NCBI GenBank assembly: GCA_028023455.1
Contig: JAQFVV010000004.1
Span: forward strand, 11,966,001 to 12,030,000
DNA: 64,000 nucleotides
Direction: 5' to 3'
From: Epiperipatus broadwayi
Taxonomy: Eukaryota > Animalia > Onychophora
The notes under the pieces were generated by a model. It was not told the DNA's origin. It saw nothing but the letters and a program-made list of their open reading frames with translations, and made no database searches. Shown one piece after another: positions 12,583 through 26,620 of this stretch (its first letter is position 1; each line of letters starts with the position of its first letter). The translations under genes and the position numbers were made by a program.

Positions 12583-15250
12583 CTAAATTGAAGTAATTAA
12601 TATTGATACAAATCTGATTATATAAAGATGGTAGCTAAACAAAGGAGAAAATCTAAGAACATTGGAATGACAAGTTTTAATGTAACAAACAGAAGCAGAC
12701 CGAGTATCATGCACATGAGATCTAATTATAACAGTAGAAATTGTATTAGATAAAAGAACTATTTTATTAACAAGTTTATAAAGATATTTAATATCTCTAT
12801 ATTGTCTTCTAGAAGAAAGATGAACAACAGTTTTATTTCCCAAAGAAACATATTTAGAAAACTTATTATACACTGATTGTAATAAATTACATCCCTGTTT
12901 AGAGCTAGGATTCCAAATGACTGACAATATTCAATGATGGGAAGAATCAATGATAAAAATAATTTAAATTTTGTATCCCCACTGAAATGATAACCAAACC
13001 TTAGAATAGTACCTATAATTTTTAAAGCCTTACCAATAATCATTTCCAAATGAGGAAGAAAGGATCCATTACTAGAAAATATAACTCCCAAATCTTTTTG
13101 GGATTCAACAGAAATAATTTTGTGAGAATTAATAAAATAAGAAAAATGCAAAACTTCAGATTTTTTAGAATAAAAGACTAAGGAACATTTACTGAAATTA
13201 ACAGTCATATTATTTAGATCATTTTGAAGAAGAGTGCAATCAAACACAGATGTGATTCTTCTAAAGATTTTACAGTCATCTGCATAGCACAAAAGATAAG
13301 ATTTTAAGCAATCCCTAAGGTCATTCATATAAATGTTAAAAAGCATAGGTGCTAAAATACTACCCTGAGGAACCCCCAAATTACATTTAAAATTAGATGA
13401 AATAGTATTATTAAATTTAATGTATGCAGTACGACCATGAAGAAAGGATTGAAACCAATAAACAAGCTTAGTAGAAAAACCCATTTGATATAATTTGTGA
13501 AGAAGAATACTGTGGTCTACTTTATCAAAAGCTCTTGATAAATCAAAATAAACAACATCAAGTCTTTGCTGGTCTTCAATTGCATGAGCTATATGATCAT
13601 AAATTGTTAACAAATTAGTTTCTACAGATCTATTAGGTATAAAACCATGCTGTGAAGAAGAAATGAGTTTACTAACATCTAAAATAATTTTATTATAAAC
13701 ACACCTCTCAAAAATTCTAGCAATAGTATGTAAAACAGAAATAGGTCTACAGTTATTAATACAATCACATGATCCATTCTTAAAAATTGGGACCATTTTG
13801 GCACACTTAAGCACATTAGGAAAAACACAAGAGTTAAGTGATAAATTAAAAATAAATGCAAGAGGTACTGCAATAAATTCAGCTAGCCTTTTGTAAATAA
13901 ATGAAGGAATATTATCATTTCCCAAACTAGAATGAATTTTAAGTCGCTTAATAGCCATAACAACATCATCCTTAGAAATATGATTAATCATACAATGAAC
14001 AGTTGAAGAATTACAAAATAATGCAATATTTGAAGATATTGTATCATGTGATGAATATACATCAGCAAAATGTTTTGAAAAGTCATTTGCACTTAAAGTG
14101 AAACCATGAGTAGCTTGAACCCTTTTCTTACCCAAACCAGACTTATTAATGAAATCCCAAAATTCTTTAGGGTTAGAAGAAATATTAACCTCAATTTTTT
14201 TAATATAATTCTGCAAATCTCTTTTATAAACATGCTTCACCAATCTTCTGAAATTAACAAAATTATTTTCTGTATTTTAAAATAAAGTCTACGATGATAA
14301 GACTTCCTTTTAATAATTTTAATAAGATCGCATGAAAACCAAGGAGGAAAACCCTTATAAAAAGGCCACTTATTGGGAATATACAAATCAATAAAACTAT
14401 TAAGAATCTTTAAAAACCCATCCAAGCAATGATTTACACCATTAAAAGAATACAAAAAATTCCAATTAACCTTAGAAAAGTTACTACAAAAATCAACATA
14501 ATTACCCTTCCCATAATCCTTTCTTGAAATATTAGAAAAATTAATCTTTGAGTGACAAACATTAATATAAAACTCAAAAGGTGGATGATGAGCATCAATA
14601 GGAAAATTAACAGAAACAACTTGAAAATTACTAACTACTGTTGAATTACATAAAATATAATCCAAAGTACGATGATAGGAATTAACAAATGGGTTATATT
14701 GCTTAAGTCCTAAAAATTTACAGAACTTTAACATTCTAGAAGCCTTAGAAGACAAAACAGAAAAGTGTGTAGCAATTCTACCCTGATATAAATCCGGAAT
14801 ATTTAAATCACCAGTAATAATAATATTATCATAGCCAATCAGAAAATCTTCAAGAGATGTCAAAAAATAATCAAACTCCAACAACGACAAAGTGGGTTTG
14901 AGGTAAACATTACCTAAAATAAATTTAAAATTGTGATTTAAAGTAATTTCACACCATGTAGATTCACAAAAAGAAGAAGAAAAATAAAGTTCTTTATAAA
15001 AAACATCTTTATGAAGAGCAATCAGAGTACCACCACCTCGAGAAATATTATCCATAGATCTGTCAGTTCGCAAAATACTGAATCTATCATCAAGAAAAGA
15101 ACAATCAGGAAATTGTTGATTTAACCAAGTTTCTGTAAGTAAAATAAGATCAAAATGTTCTGTTTCAAAAAATTGCTTAATTTGAACACATTTAGTCCTC
15201 ATACCTCTGACATTCATGTAAAAACAAGAAAGGCCTACCATGTTACCCAC
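12583..15250 (-). pseudogene. LINE ORF2 (APE endonuclease + reverse transcriptase), two single-base frameshifts
   Basis: APE motifs YMNVRG, LTETWL, GGGTL, TGDLN, TLDY, DAHHP. RT motifs RPIS, QHGF, YFDLSRAFD, GVPQGS, YADD, DLGV. ORFs 14237-15250, 12759-14243 and 12583-12927 join by frameshifts near 14280 and 12930. Confidence 0.93.
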
Positions 15251-15358
15251 AAAGATAATGGAAACAACATAAATAAAAACAAAAAGAGAAAAAGAAAGAG
15301 ATAAAGAAAAAAATAAAAATAAAATAGATAGTAAAACAAAATAAATTCTCTTAAAACC

Positions 15359-16822
15359 TTAGAGAACTGGCCAGAGATCCATAAAAAAAAAAATAGAAGC
15401 ACCGCAAGGCCATAAATTAGGGGATATTATATCATTATGTTTATGTGCAGAAACAGAAATATAAAAACAAGAAGACTTAGAATTATTCATATTAACTTTA
15501 TGACAAACAATACTAGTTTGTAAATTATTTTCAAGAAATACTGTAATATCTTTTGAACTGAGATCTACTGGCATATTAGAAAGAAAATATCTATTATAAG
15601 TTATATTAGTATTAGAATAAACATTAGCAAAATTAGATTTATTAAATCCATCAGATATATTAATATTTTTAGTTCTTGAAAAGTCATTTTTACTAGAAGA
15701 TAAAGAGGAGTATCCAGAATGATTTAACTGATAATTGCTATTTGAATGAAAGTCAAGTGAATGTGATCTATAAGCTGGAATGAATTTGGGAACATTATCT
15801 GGATAATTAAGAATTTTACGTCTAACAGACTTAGAATAAACATTAGCAAAATGATATTTATTAAATCCATCAGAAATATTAATTTTTTTAGTTCTTAAAA
15901 AGTCATTTTTACTAGAAGATAAAGAGGAGTATCCAGAATGATTTATCCGATAGTTACTATTTGAATGAAAGTTAAGTGAATGTGATCTATAAGCTGGAAT
16001 AAAGTTGGGAGCAGTATCTGGATAATTAAGAATTTTATGACTAATAGACTTTAGAGAAGATAAATTAACAGGAATACCTCCATTATATCTTTTGTCCATA
16101 AAAGAATCACTCTGTAAATTATGAGCTGGAATGACCTTAGGAACTGCAGCCGGATAATTTAGTATTTTAGATTTCACAGACTTTAAAGAAGATAAAGTAA
16201 CAGGAAAACCTCTTTTCCCCATAAAAAAAATAATTGTGATTTAAATTTACCATGAGAAAAAAAAACAGAATCAGAAAAGCAATCATTAATGGAATTTACC
16301 TCAAGCCAGGATGAGTTATAAAAACATCTACTTTTAAATTTGGAATGAGGCAAATTCCTAAATACATTATTATTATTATTATTATTATTATAATTAATTT
16401 CATCACTAACTAAATTAACTTCAGGAACACAATCATCCAATTTGATATTTTCACCAAGATCTTCAGGGCAATAGGCTGAAGATGAACATACAATGCTACC
16501 ATCTTCAATAGCAGAAGAATGATCCCTAGAAATAGAAGAACTAAAAATTTGATCAGGATATTTGCATTGAGTGCCAATATCATTAGCATTAACATTTTTA
16601 CCAAGATTTTCAAGGCAATTGGATGAAGATGAACATACAATGTTACCACCTTCAATAGCAGAGAAATAATCTCCAGGAATAGAACCAAAAATTTGATCAG
16701 AATATTCAGAAGATGACAAAATGCCTTGAGTGCCAATATCATTAGTATTAACATTTTTACCAAGATCTTCAAGGCAATTGGATGAAGATGAACATACAAT
16801 GTTACTACCACCTTCAATAGCA
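15359..16822 (-). pseudogene. LINE ORF1, C-terminal half with internal tandem repeats
   Basis: ORFs 15359-16222 and 16183-16719 join at an A/T homopolymer. A 219-bp unit occurs twice (starts 15612 and 15831) and a ~145-bp unit occurs ~2.5 times (16490-16822). Confidence 0.8.
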
Positions 16823-18086
16823 GATTATGCTGCTGTCTCTTGTAGAAGTAGGGTGTGTTTTTTCTTTCTCTTAAAACCATTGGAATTTTTTTTTTTACAA
16901 AAGCCTTTCGTTATTTTTTTGGATATCATACTGTTTTTTCCTATGTTATTACATGAACAGAGGGCTTATCTCAACGTTATTCTTATGGCTGACATTGTTT
17001 AATTTGGTACTATGTTTTTAAGATTTTTACATTTTATAAGTCTCTATTCAAAGATTGATATGTGCATATTTTTTGTGAAATTAATTGGATCAAAATATGT
17101 TTTTTTTATTATTGATATTCAATTTTTCTATTGCTCTAATATAATTGATCTTAACTGCTGACATTCTTTGACGTCAAAATTAATTACTTGAAGTACCTTC
17201 TTTTAATGGATATTTTAAATGGTTTTTTTTGAATGGATTGTTTACGCCTTGGGGATTTTACAAATAAATGTTTTTTTTTTTTTGAGTGATCTTCAGTTGG
17301 AACTAATAAGCCTAGAGGATTTTATTAATAAAGCATATAAGACTCTATTTTTGGATCTATTGACTATTATATCGATTTATACAAAAATCTACTATATTTT
17401 GGATCTATTGACTATTATATCGATTTATAAAAAAATCTACTATAAAGTTTTAATTTAACATTTTTTTTTTTTTTAGTTTTAATTATTTTTTTCAGTTTGG
17501 ATAAGATTGATAACTTATTGCTTTTAATTACTTAGTGATTTCTTATCTTCGTTCAATCTAGAGTGTTCCAAATTACTTCACCTTAGGATATTTATCTTTT
17601 TTTTAAACTTGTTTGTGTGTTTATATGTAAATTTGCTTATGGATATGAAGAGCATTATAGATATATTGTATACAATTGGATATTCTATTTACATATATAT
17701 TACTTCACTTTTATAATATATAACAAGATTTGGGATCATTTTTTATTGCTTGTCCTTTGACTTTATGCAATGTTTATGGAAGACAAAACATTTATAAGAG
17801 ATTCTTTGTTAATAGAAATAACAAATTTTATTTATTATATTGTTTTGGAGAAAGACTGTCTGATTTATTTTCAATTGATATAAAATGTTATTTCATAAAT
17901 AATTAAGACATAGTGATTTTGATATTTTTAATAATTTTATTTTGGACATTATTTGTTTTTATATATATAGTACCAGTGAATATGTTTTTTTTTTTTCAAT
18001 TTTGTTAATTTTTTTTGTTAAGTAACAGATATTGTTATTGTTTATTTTATACTTAAATTATTTTACTATAATGTATTTATTTACTT

Positions 18087-19485
18087 GGTACTTGTGTATA
18101 ATTCAACCGATGACGTTTTTGACTTACCGATTTCCCTTCTGGTAGACATCAACGTTTTTTGCATGACAACGTTGTCATGGTAACCAAGTGACTGGCGTAA
18201 TTAATCCATCAGAGAGTCAATTTTTTTTTTTTCATCCGCGAGATTTAAAATTCGTAGAGAGGTTTGGGAAATTTTTTGATTTTTCTGTCTATTGTGATTT
18301 TGCTATCCACGGCATCACAGTTACTTTTTTGAGCTGTTAATTCGGGTAAAGTGTTTTATTTATCTGTTTATTTTGAATTTACAAATATTTTTTGGTAATA
18401 TTTCTACAATTGAATTATGTTTTAATTTCATTTTTAATTTCTGAATTGTATCATACAGAAAATTATTTTTCGTAATTTATTCCGGTAAACTGTTTTTTAT
18501 TTATCTGTTTATTTTAAATTTACAAAATCTTTTTGTTAATATTTCTACAATTCTCAAATTATTTTTTGTAAATTCATCGTCAATTATAAAAACTTTTTGT
18601 TAATATTTCTACAATTCTCAAATTATTTTTCGTAAATTCATTGGCAATTATAAAAATTACAGGGTGCGACGACATTAATACCAGATTTGCATTAAATGAT
18701 GCCATTAATACCAGATTTGCATTAAATCGCGTCTTTTTAATTTAGCTGTTTATTTAAAATTTACAAAAATTTTTTGTTAATATTTCTACAATTGAATTAC
18801 GTTTTAATTTAATTTTTAATTTCTGAATTGTATCATACAGAAAATTATTTTTCGTAAATTCATCGGCAATTTTTAATTTCTGAATTATATCATACAGAAA
18901 ATTATTTTTCGTAAATTCATGGGCAATTATAAAAATTACAGCTATGAAAGTAATACAAGATATAGGTGTATGCCAAGCCTAACGGCTTGTCAAAAACACA
19001 AAGGGCCCCCCCGCCAACTCCAGCGCTACACGCTGTTTTTTATAATTGAGCATAATATAGGGTGGTTTTGTAAATTAGAATATATTTTTTTCTAAATTAT
19101 TTTGACACATGCATGTACATTTTTATTTTATTTTTTTTTTACTATTTGCCTGACCTGCGTCAGATTTCTGCCTTTTTTTTTTTTTTATCATGTGACCTGC
19201 GTCACATTTTTTTTCTTTTTTTTATGTTTAATTTTTTTTAAAAATTTTATATTTTTGCCTTGTTTTTTTGTTTTTTCCCACGTGATCAACCAATGACGTA
19301 TTACCCTGAAGGCATATCGGTCTAATGTTGCGTTTTTTAACGTGCCATGTTCACGTGATCTGCAGACACATTTTAGTGACTAAATGTGTCTGCAGATCAC
19401 TTGGAGACATTATCTTAAAAATTGCAACTTTAGACCGATGTGCCTTCAGGGTAATATGTCATCGGTTGAATTATACACAAGTACC
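18087..19485. mobile_element. Non-autonomous TIR DNA transposon, Merlin-like
   Basis: Perfect 28-bp TIRs ggtacttgtgtataattcaaccgatgac (18087-18114 and 19458-19485). Termini GGTAC fit the Merlin GGNRM pattern. 8-bp flanks atttactt / atttacgg (6 of 8). CpG-rich, internal tandem repeats, no transposase ORF. Confidence 0.75.
18162..18184. promoter_or_regulatory. RFX X-box-like palindrome inside the TIR element
   Basis: catgacaacgttgtcatg is a perfect 18-bp palindrome and overlaps GTTGTCATGGTAAC (X-box consensus GTTRCCATGGYAAC). Confidence 0.4.
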
Positions 19486-19602
19486 ATTTACGGTACTTTA
19501 TAATTTTTAGTTGTAGGGATTTAATTGGGTACTTAGAAGGGATTTATTTATTATTCTGTATCCAATTTTTTTTTTTTTTTTGGTTTGTTAGTTTTATTTT
19601 AG

Positions 19603-21014
<1,412 letters not shown>

Positions 21015-23615
21015 TTACATTTCAATAATATATTAATTATATAATAAACATCTTGATTAAGTAATATTATACTATTCTATATACTAAGTTAATTTTTCAT
21101 CTTTCTCCCCTCTTTAATATAGTTAAGAGTGTTTTGACATATCGGAGTTTAGGTTTAAAAATTCGCATAATAAATCTGTCACTAAAAATAACTTTTTATA
21201 ATTCTAGAGTTGTATCTATTCTTCATTCCATTGCTAAAATAATAAAAAATAAGACTAATCATTTGAAGGTAATATCTGAAAAACAAGTGACTATACATAG
21301 TCCAATGTATTATGAGCATCAAATAAAAGATTAAATCAGTTCAAAGTAAAAACCTTTCCATCAAATCTATATCTCATTTTGATAAATTGTTATAAAGGCC
21401 AGTTATAAAAATGGAAATAAAATTTAGAGTTAATGAATGTCTGTTTAACATCAGTTTTGTTTCAAACACCTAACTTTCCAACACTACTATTAATAACAAT
21501 TCCTTTCATTCAGTCATGTACAAATCGTGAAATATGAATAAATTGGTAATTTCACATACTGCAATGAAATGTTTTGATCAAATTAATAAAATTGGTATAT
21601 ATGAATTTCCCCCCTTAAAATACTTTCCTTACATTTTTCAGAAACTCTATATTATATTTATAATGATAGTGCTCTAATTTATACAATCGTCACAAGACTT
21701 AAACATTAATAACACTCTGAGGGCTACTCTTTAACAACCAATGTGTTATATCTCAACTTATCAACTAATGGATTAGTCTAGATTCCATCTTATCTTGATT
21801 GGATTGAGCATTCAACACAACAGACCAATAGATATATGAATACATAAGATATATCACAAAGCAGGAAAAGGGCAATCAGAGATAATGCTCAATGAATGTG
21901 ATACATCTCATTAAGGATAGGAATCTGGCTACAAATAGGCAGTCCAGTTGGAGGTAGGGTTGGATTGCAACAAATTACTATCAGAGCTGAACGGCAGTAG
22001 CGCATGTCTACTATATGGCTAAAGCAGCAAGGTAAGTTGACCCTAGGACTGGAAGCTTCTACAAATTAACCAGACATGAGGCAAGCTGTCACAGAACAGT
22101 TGGAAATGTCACTGCATCTACACATGAGGCAAAGTACTACCGAAAGTGTTAGGTAAACTTAGAAGGACACCTGAAATCTTTTCCTTTAATACTTGCATTT
22201 ATAATTAAACGCTATACCGAGCCAACGGTATTATGCTTTCGGCATAGCAAACATTATTGTATATATTTGTAAATATATTGTGTCTATATACATAAATAAA
22301 ATATTTAATCGTATTTATAGCAGTCTGTATTTATGGTATTCATATATAAATACAACACAATTACAGATAAAAATTCTCCACGAGATCATTCTTGAAACTT
22401 AAAACTTTTCTCCATAAAAGTGGCTTAATGTAATTTTAATTACTGTTCAAATATTTTACATAATGTATATACATGCAATTCACTGTGTAAAAGCATAAAA
22501 GATGTCATATGTCTTTCCGTTATTTTGCCTAAAATTATAAAAATATACAGCATATAAAACAAACTTTTTGTTTTTAAAACTATTCATTTCTAACGTGATA
22601 TATAATATCCCGCTTTTATTAAATAACAATAGCAATGTAAAATTTCAACTAGATTTTTAGAGCTTTGTACCATTCAGAGGTTATCCGAACTACCTATAAT
22701 TCACTAAATCAAAGTCAGTTACGAAAGATATTTTTATCTGCTTTATGTAGTCAATTTACTGTAATAATATATCAATTTCTATGTGATTCCATAACAAAGG
22801 TCAATGTAAAGAGAGAGAAAAAAAGTTTGTAATCACTTTATATTCTATTTTTAAATGAATTTTTATTTTCTATTTGTCTAAACAATTCAAATGGCATATA
22901 TATATACTTTGAAAAATTAATGCAATTAAATAATAAATCTTAAAAACGGTGGCGCAGTTAATTAAATGTAAGACGGAGAGATAATAATTAATAATGCATA
23001 CATAAACTCTTTCTTAAGGCCACACAGTAATGAGATGAAATTTATTGCACAATTAAAAAAATATATATCTATAATTTATCATTCAAAAAAATAAATAAAA
23101 CAATGATTTAAATTTTAAAACATTATTATTAGATACGCTATAACAATGAATGCATTAATCTTCAGTTGGATGAGTATTTTTAAATACAAAATATAGACTG
23201 TATGTGTATAAATTAAAAATTAAACTCTTAAAGTTATATACTTAGGTAACAAAATCAACATTACTATTACATTTAATTAACATACTTGAAGTAAAATTTA
23301 TATATGTATTTTATTTTATTTTTTTTAAAAAAAACATTAACAAACAAAACGTTGTTAAAATTTATTATGAAGCAAAAAAAAACTACCTTCCCTTTGAGAA
23401 TTCAGCTAGAAGACTATTAACCCTAACACCTATTATTCACCAATTTTTATTATCCAAATAAAATTTCAAATCCGATCTTTAAAATTCTACAATAAATAAA
23501 TTATGCTGCATTGTATTTTATAGTTTTATGTTGCTATTAATGAAACAAATTTATACAATAATGTATACAACTGAAATACAGACTTATTATATACTTGTAT
23601 CAATATATGTAATAT

Positions 23616-23929
23616 CTCAATCTCAGGGTGGCGTTTGAGCGTTCCATCATTAAATTTTCAATTGGATGGACGGTTGAAGAGTTGGAGTGTGGAGTGGATT
23701 GAAGCCTGTCCATTAAAGTATGAAGATTGGCTATCTTAATATATATCTGAGCACTTATTGCATATATGTGTTGAGATGATAATGTGGAGCAACTGATGAT
23801 TGCTATTTAGCATGAAATACATATGTTGGTGATTATTTATCTTTTTGTCATAGATGGGTTCAAGTGTATCAGTGTTATGAGATAGTGTGGAGAGTGGTGG
23901 GTCATGTGAAAGCCTGTGTTCATATACCC
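23616..23929 (+). mobile_element. Family B HHR element, partial, with 12-bp TSD
   Basis: TSD tatatgtaatat at 23604-23615 and 23930-23941. HHR at ~23790-23829 has a G at the cleavage position (AUG), so it is probably inactive. Confidence 0.85.
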
Positions 23930-23936
23930 TATATGT

Positions 23937-24108
23937 AATATATAAACCATTATACAATTACAAATATCCAATAACGCCCTCTGTTTAATAGTCTATATCT
24001 CAATAATAGCGCTAGTCTATATCTCAATAATAGCGCTATTATTGAGATATAGACTATTAAACAGAGGGCGTTACTGGATATTTGTAGTTGTATAATGGTT
24101 TATATATT
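23937..24108. repeat. Spacerless palindrome with a 24-bp internal tandem duplication
   Basis: ~74-bp arms with 2 mismatches, centred on tagc|gcta. gctagtctatatctcaataatagc is duplicated. Confidence 0.92.
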
Positions 24109-24502
24109 TGTATGATTATTTTAGTGTTAATAGTAACTTTGTTTTCCTATATATAATGTATACAGAAATTATTTATATATACAAAGTAAAAGTAATGTTT
24201 ATTTACATTTTTAATCATTTGGATTCACAATGAGGAAAAAATCTTCTGCAATAACTAACTAAATTACATTGAACTGTTTATTAAATTGTCATATTATTAT
24301 TAATAAAATACATTTATATACTATATATATATAATATTTATTAAAATATGTTATAGATGAAATACACAGGCTTATATATATACCTGTGTCTATATATGTA
24401 ATAGACAGGGTATGAGCACAGACTTTCACATGACCCACTCTCCACACAATCTCATAACACTGATACACCTGAACACACATATGTCGAATAGATAAATAAT
24501 CA

Positions 24503-24543
24503 CCAATATACGTATTTCTGCTAAACCAGCAATCATCAGTTGG
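24503..24543 (-). ncRNA. Minimal type-I hammerhead ribozyme (family B)
   Basis: ccaa-CUGAUGA-U-UGCU gguuu AGCA-GAAA-U acgu AU-A-uugg: stem I ccaa/uugg, palindromic AUACGUAU stem III, AUA cleavage triplet. Confidence 0.8.
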
Positions 24544-24965
24544 TCCAGATTACCATCTCTACACATATATGCTACAAGTGCTCAGATATATATTAAGATA
24601 GCAAATCCTCCTACTTTAATGGACAGGCTTCTATGCACTCCACACTCCAACTCTTCAACCGTCCATCCAATTGAAAATCCGATGATGGAACGCTCAAAGG
24701 CCACCCTTAGGCTGAGATTGTTGTCACACCCATGTTGACCTAAAGGTCAATCTGTCCCCTCATGTACAGGACATAATCCATTATACAAAGGATAGGCAGA
24801 CATCTCTAATATGTAATAGATGAAATACACAGGCTTATATATATACCTGTGTCTATATATGTAATAGTCAGGGTATGAGCACAGACTTTCACATGACCCA
24901 CTCTCCACACCACCTTATAACACTGATACACCTGAACACACATATGTCAAAAAGATAAATAATCA

Positions 24966-25007
24966 CCAATATACGTATTTCATGCTAAACCAGCAATCAT
25001 CAGTTGG
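24966..25007 (-). ncRNA. Minimal type-I hammerhead ribozyme (family B)
   Basis: ccaa-CUGAUGA-UUGCU gguuu AGCAU-GAAA-U acgu AU-A-uugg. Confidence 0.8.
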
Positions 25008-25099
25008 TCCAGATTACCATCTCTACACATATATGCTACAAGTGTTCAGATATATATTAAGATAGTTATGTGATTTACTATACATATCTTTTAATGTAT

Positions 25100-26620
25100 A
25101 TATATATATCATGTTTTAAACATTTAAAAAGAAGAGGTTATTCAGCAGCAAACTCTTTAAAACTTGCTGAACATGCTTTTGACTGTTAAGGTCGGAATCA
25201 TAGCACTCGTAATCTGCAGGGTGCATTGCGAGATTTAAATAAAGTGGGCATAGTGTAAATTATTAATTTAAATACTCAACTTTTTGGACAATGGAATGCC
25301 ATTTTCTTTTTTTGTTGATAGCTTGGGAGTTGTTTGAGATGAACCATATCTTCTAAATATTTTGCATTTTACTGGGTCAAAAATGTGGCATACTCCTGCT
25401 TGGAAAAAAATTTGGCTTATGCTCAGGGTTATTCATAATGTGTTTATATAGGTATATATGTTGTGCAATTCTGGTAAAAATATTTGCATAAAACTCCCCA
25501 TAATATACTGACCTACCAAAAGAATTGCTGCATCCAATTTTATATACACTTTGGGGGTTTGATTCAAGGGCAACTTATCTTTAGTATTGTTCAGCAGTCT
25601 GTTTAAGTTGGGAGGAGTTCTCAAACTGATATTGTATGTCTTAGATCCTATATTTTTCATGAGAGTGAAAGTATGTAAAGCAGACTTATCCAAGATTTTA
25701 TGTCTGTGTGTTGTGAAGGTAACTATTTTATTTTCTTGTAAAATTTCTTTGCAGTATTAATTAAAGTATTATGGTTGTATTTTATTTTGCATAGATGTTT
25801 AATATAGGCATTGATATTGGGTTTTCAATCAGGGTATTTGCATAGATTTAGGTTTCTATTTAATAAACCTTTAATGCCAGCTAATTTATGTGTAGTTGGT
25901 ATGCGAGATTGAGGGTGAATTGCTCCCAAATTTCAAGAGGCTTTATGATCATCTTGTAATCCAAGTCGTCAATGTTTTATTAAAAATATTAATCCAAGAA
26001 TGTAAGACTTTATTAGGCATCTTGTTCAGTGGTCCATTTTAAAGGTTATTTGCACCAAATCTTGGATATCTGTAATGTGTTTCTCAGAAGCACATATTAG
26101 CATGTTGTCGAAGTACCATGCATAAATTGTGTTCAATGGTTAAATATTTAGGGGTGATCATCTCTTCAAATTTGGCTAATGTAATGCTAATGCCACTTAT
26201 TGTAAAGCCTATGGTCCAACCATAGTCCATCTTGTAATATTTGTTGCTAGATAAGGCAGTGTTATCTTTGTCAATCCATCTTAAAGCCTCCACAATGAAT
26301 TCACACTCATTAGGTTTATATTGTTGTTGTTGTTCTTTTGCAGCTATTTCCTGAATGTTTATTGATTGCATATTAGAAACCAATCTGTATAGCTCTGTGA
26401 TATTCAAAGATGTGAGTTTGTAATTTTGATTGATTTTATATATGTTAATGTGTTAAACAAATTCTAGATAGGTCTTAATTGTATATTTTTCAAAACCCAG
26501 ATGTGCTGTCAGTCATTCTGTGATAGTTTTAGCAGTTTTGTAATATTATGTCCTTCCAAAATTGATCATTAAATGCAGTGGGTGATTAAGTTTGTGTAGT
26601 TTAATATTTGTCGAGATTTG
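25100..26620 (-). mobile_element. Degenerate Penelope-like element (RT + GIY-YIG remnants)
   Basis: RT-like ..NKYYKMDYGWTIGFTIS.. and AWYFDNMLI; ..RLLNNTKDKLPLNQTPKVY.. precedes the GIY-YIG region; tail ..KENGIPLSKKLSI*. HHR relic gctATGATTCc gac cttaaca gtc aaaagc at ~25170-25205. Boundaries approximate. Confidence 0.75.

Larger units (their letters stand above)
12213..16822 (-). mobile_element. CR1-type LINE, 3' segment (ORF1 C-half, ORF2, 3' UTR, (GAATT)n tail)
   Basis: Contains APE and RT ORFs and an ORF1 C-terminus with a CR1-like 'FLSNMP..SSCFYISV..WPCG' motif. The minus strand ends taaataaat(gaatt)4 at 12211-12239. Confidence 0.93.
24353..25065 (-). mobile_element. Family B HHR element, 1.5-unit tandem (period 463 bp) with two ribozymes
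   Basis: 24353-24602 is repeated directly at 24816-25065, and each repeat contains the HHR. Confidence 0.9.

Noticed and set aside
18340-18945. Repeat cluster as a CRISPR-like array
   Set aside because: Units are irregular mosaic tandem repeats with no unique spacers, and the context is eukaryotic.
18960-19035. Hairpin caagcc taac ggcttg and GC-rich run as a possible HDV-like ribozyme
   Set aside because: I could not build the nested double pseudoknot on either strand.
24668-24700. Second (C/T)TGATGA motif in family B on the opposite strand
   Set aside because: No stem II followed by GAAA in any copy.
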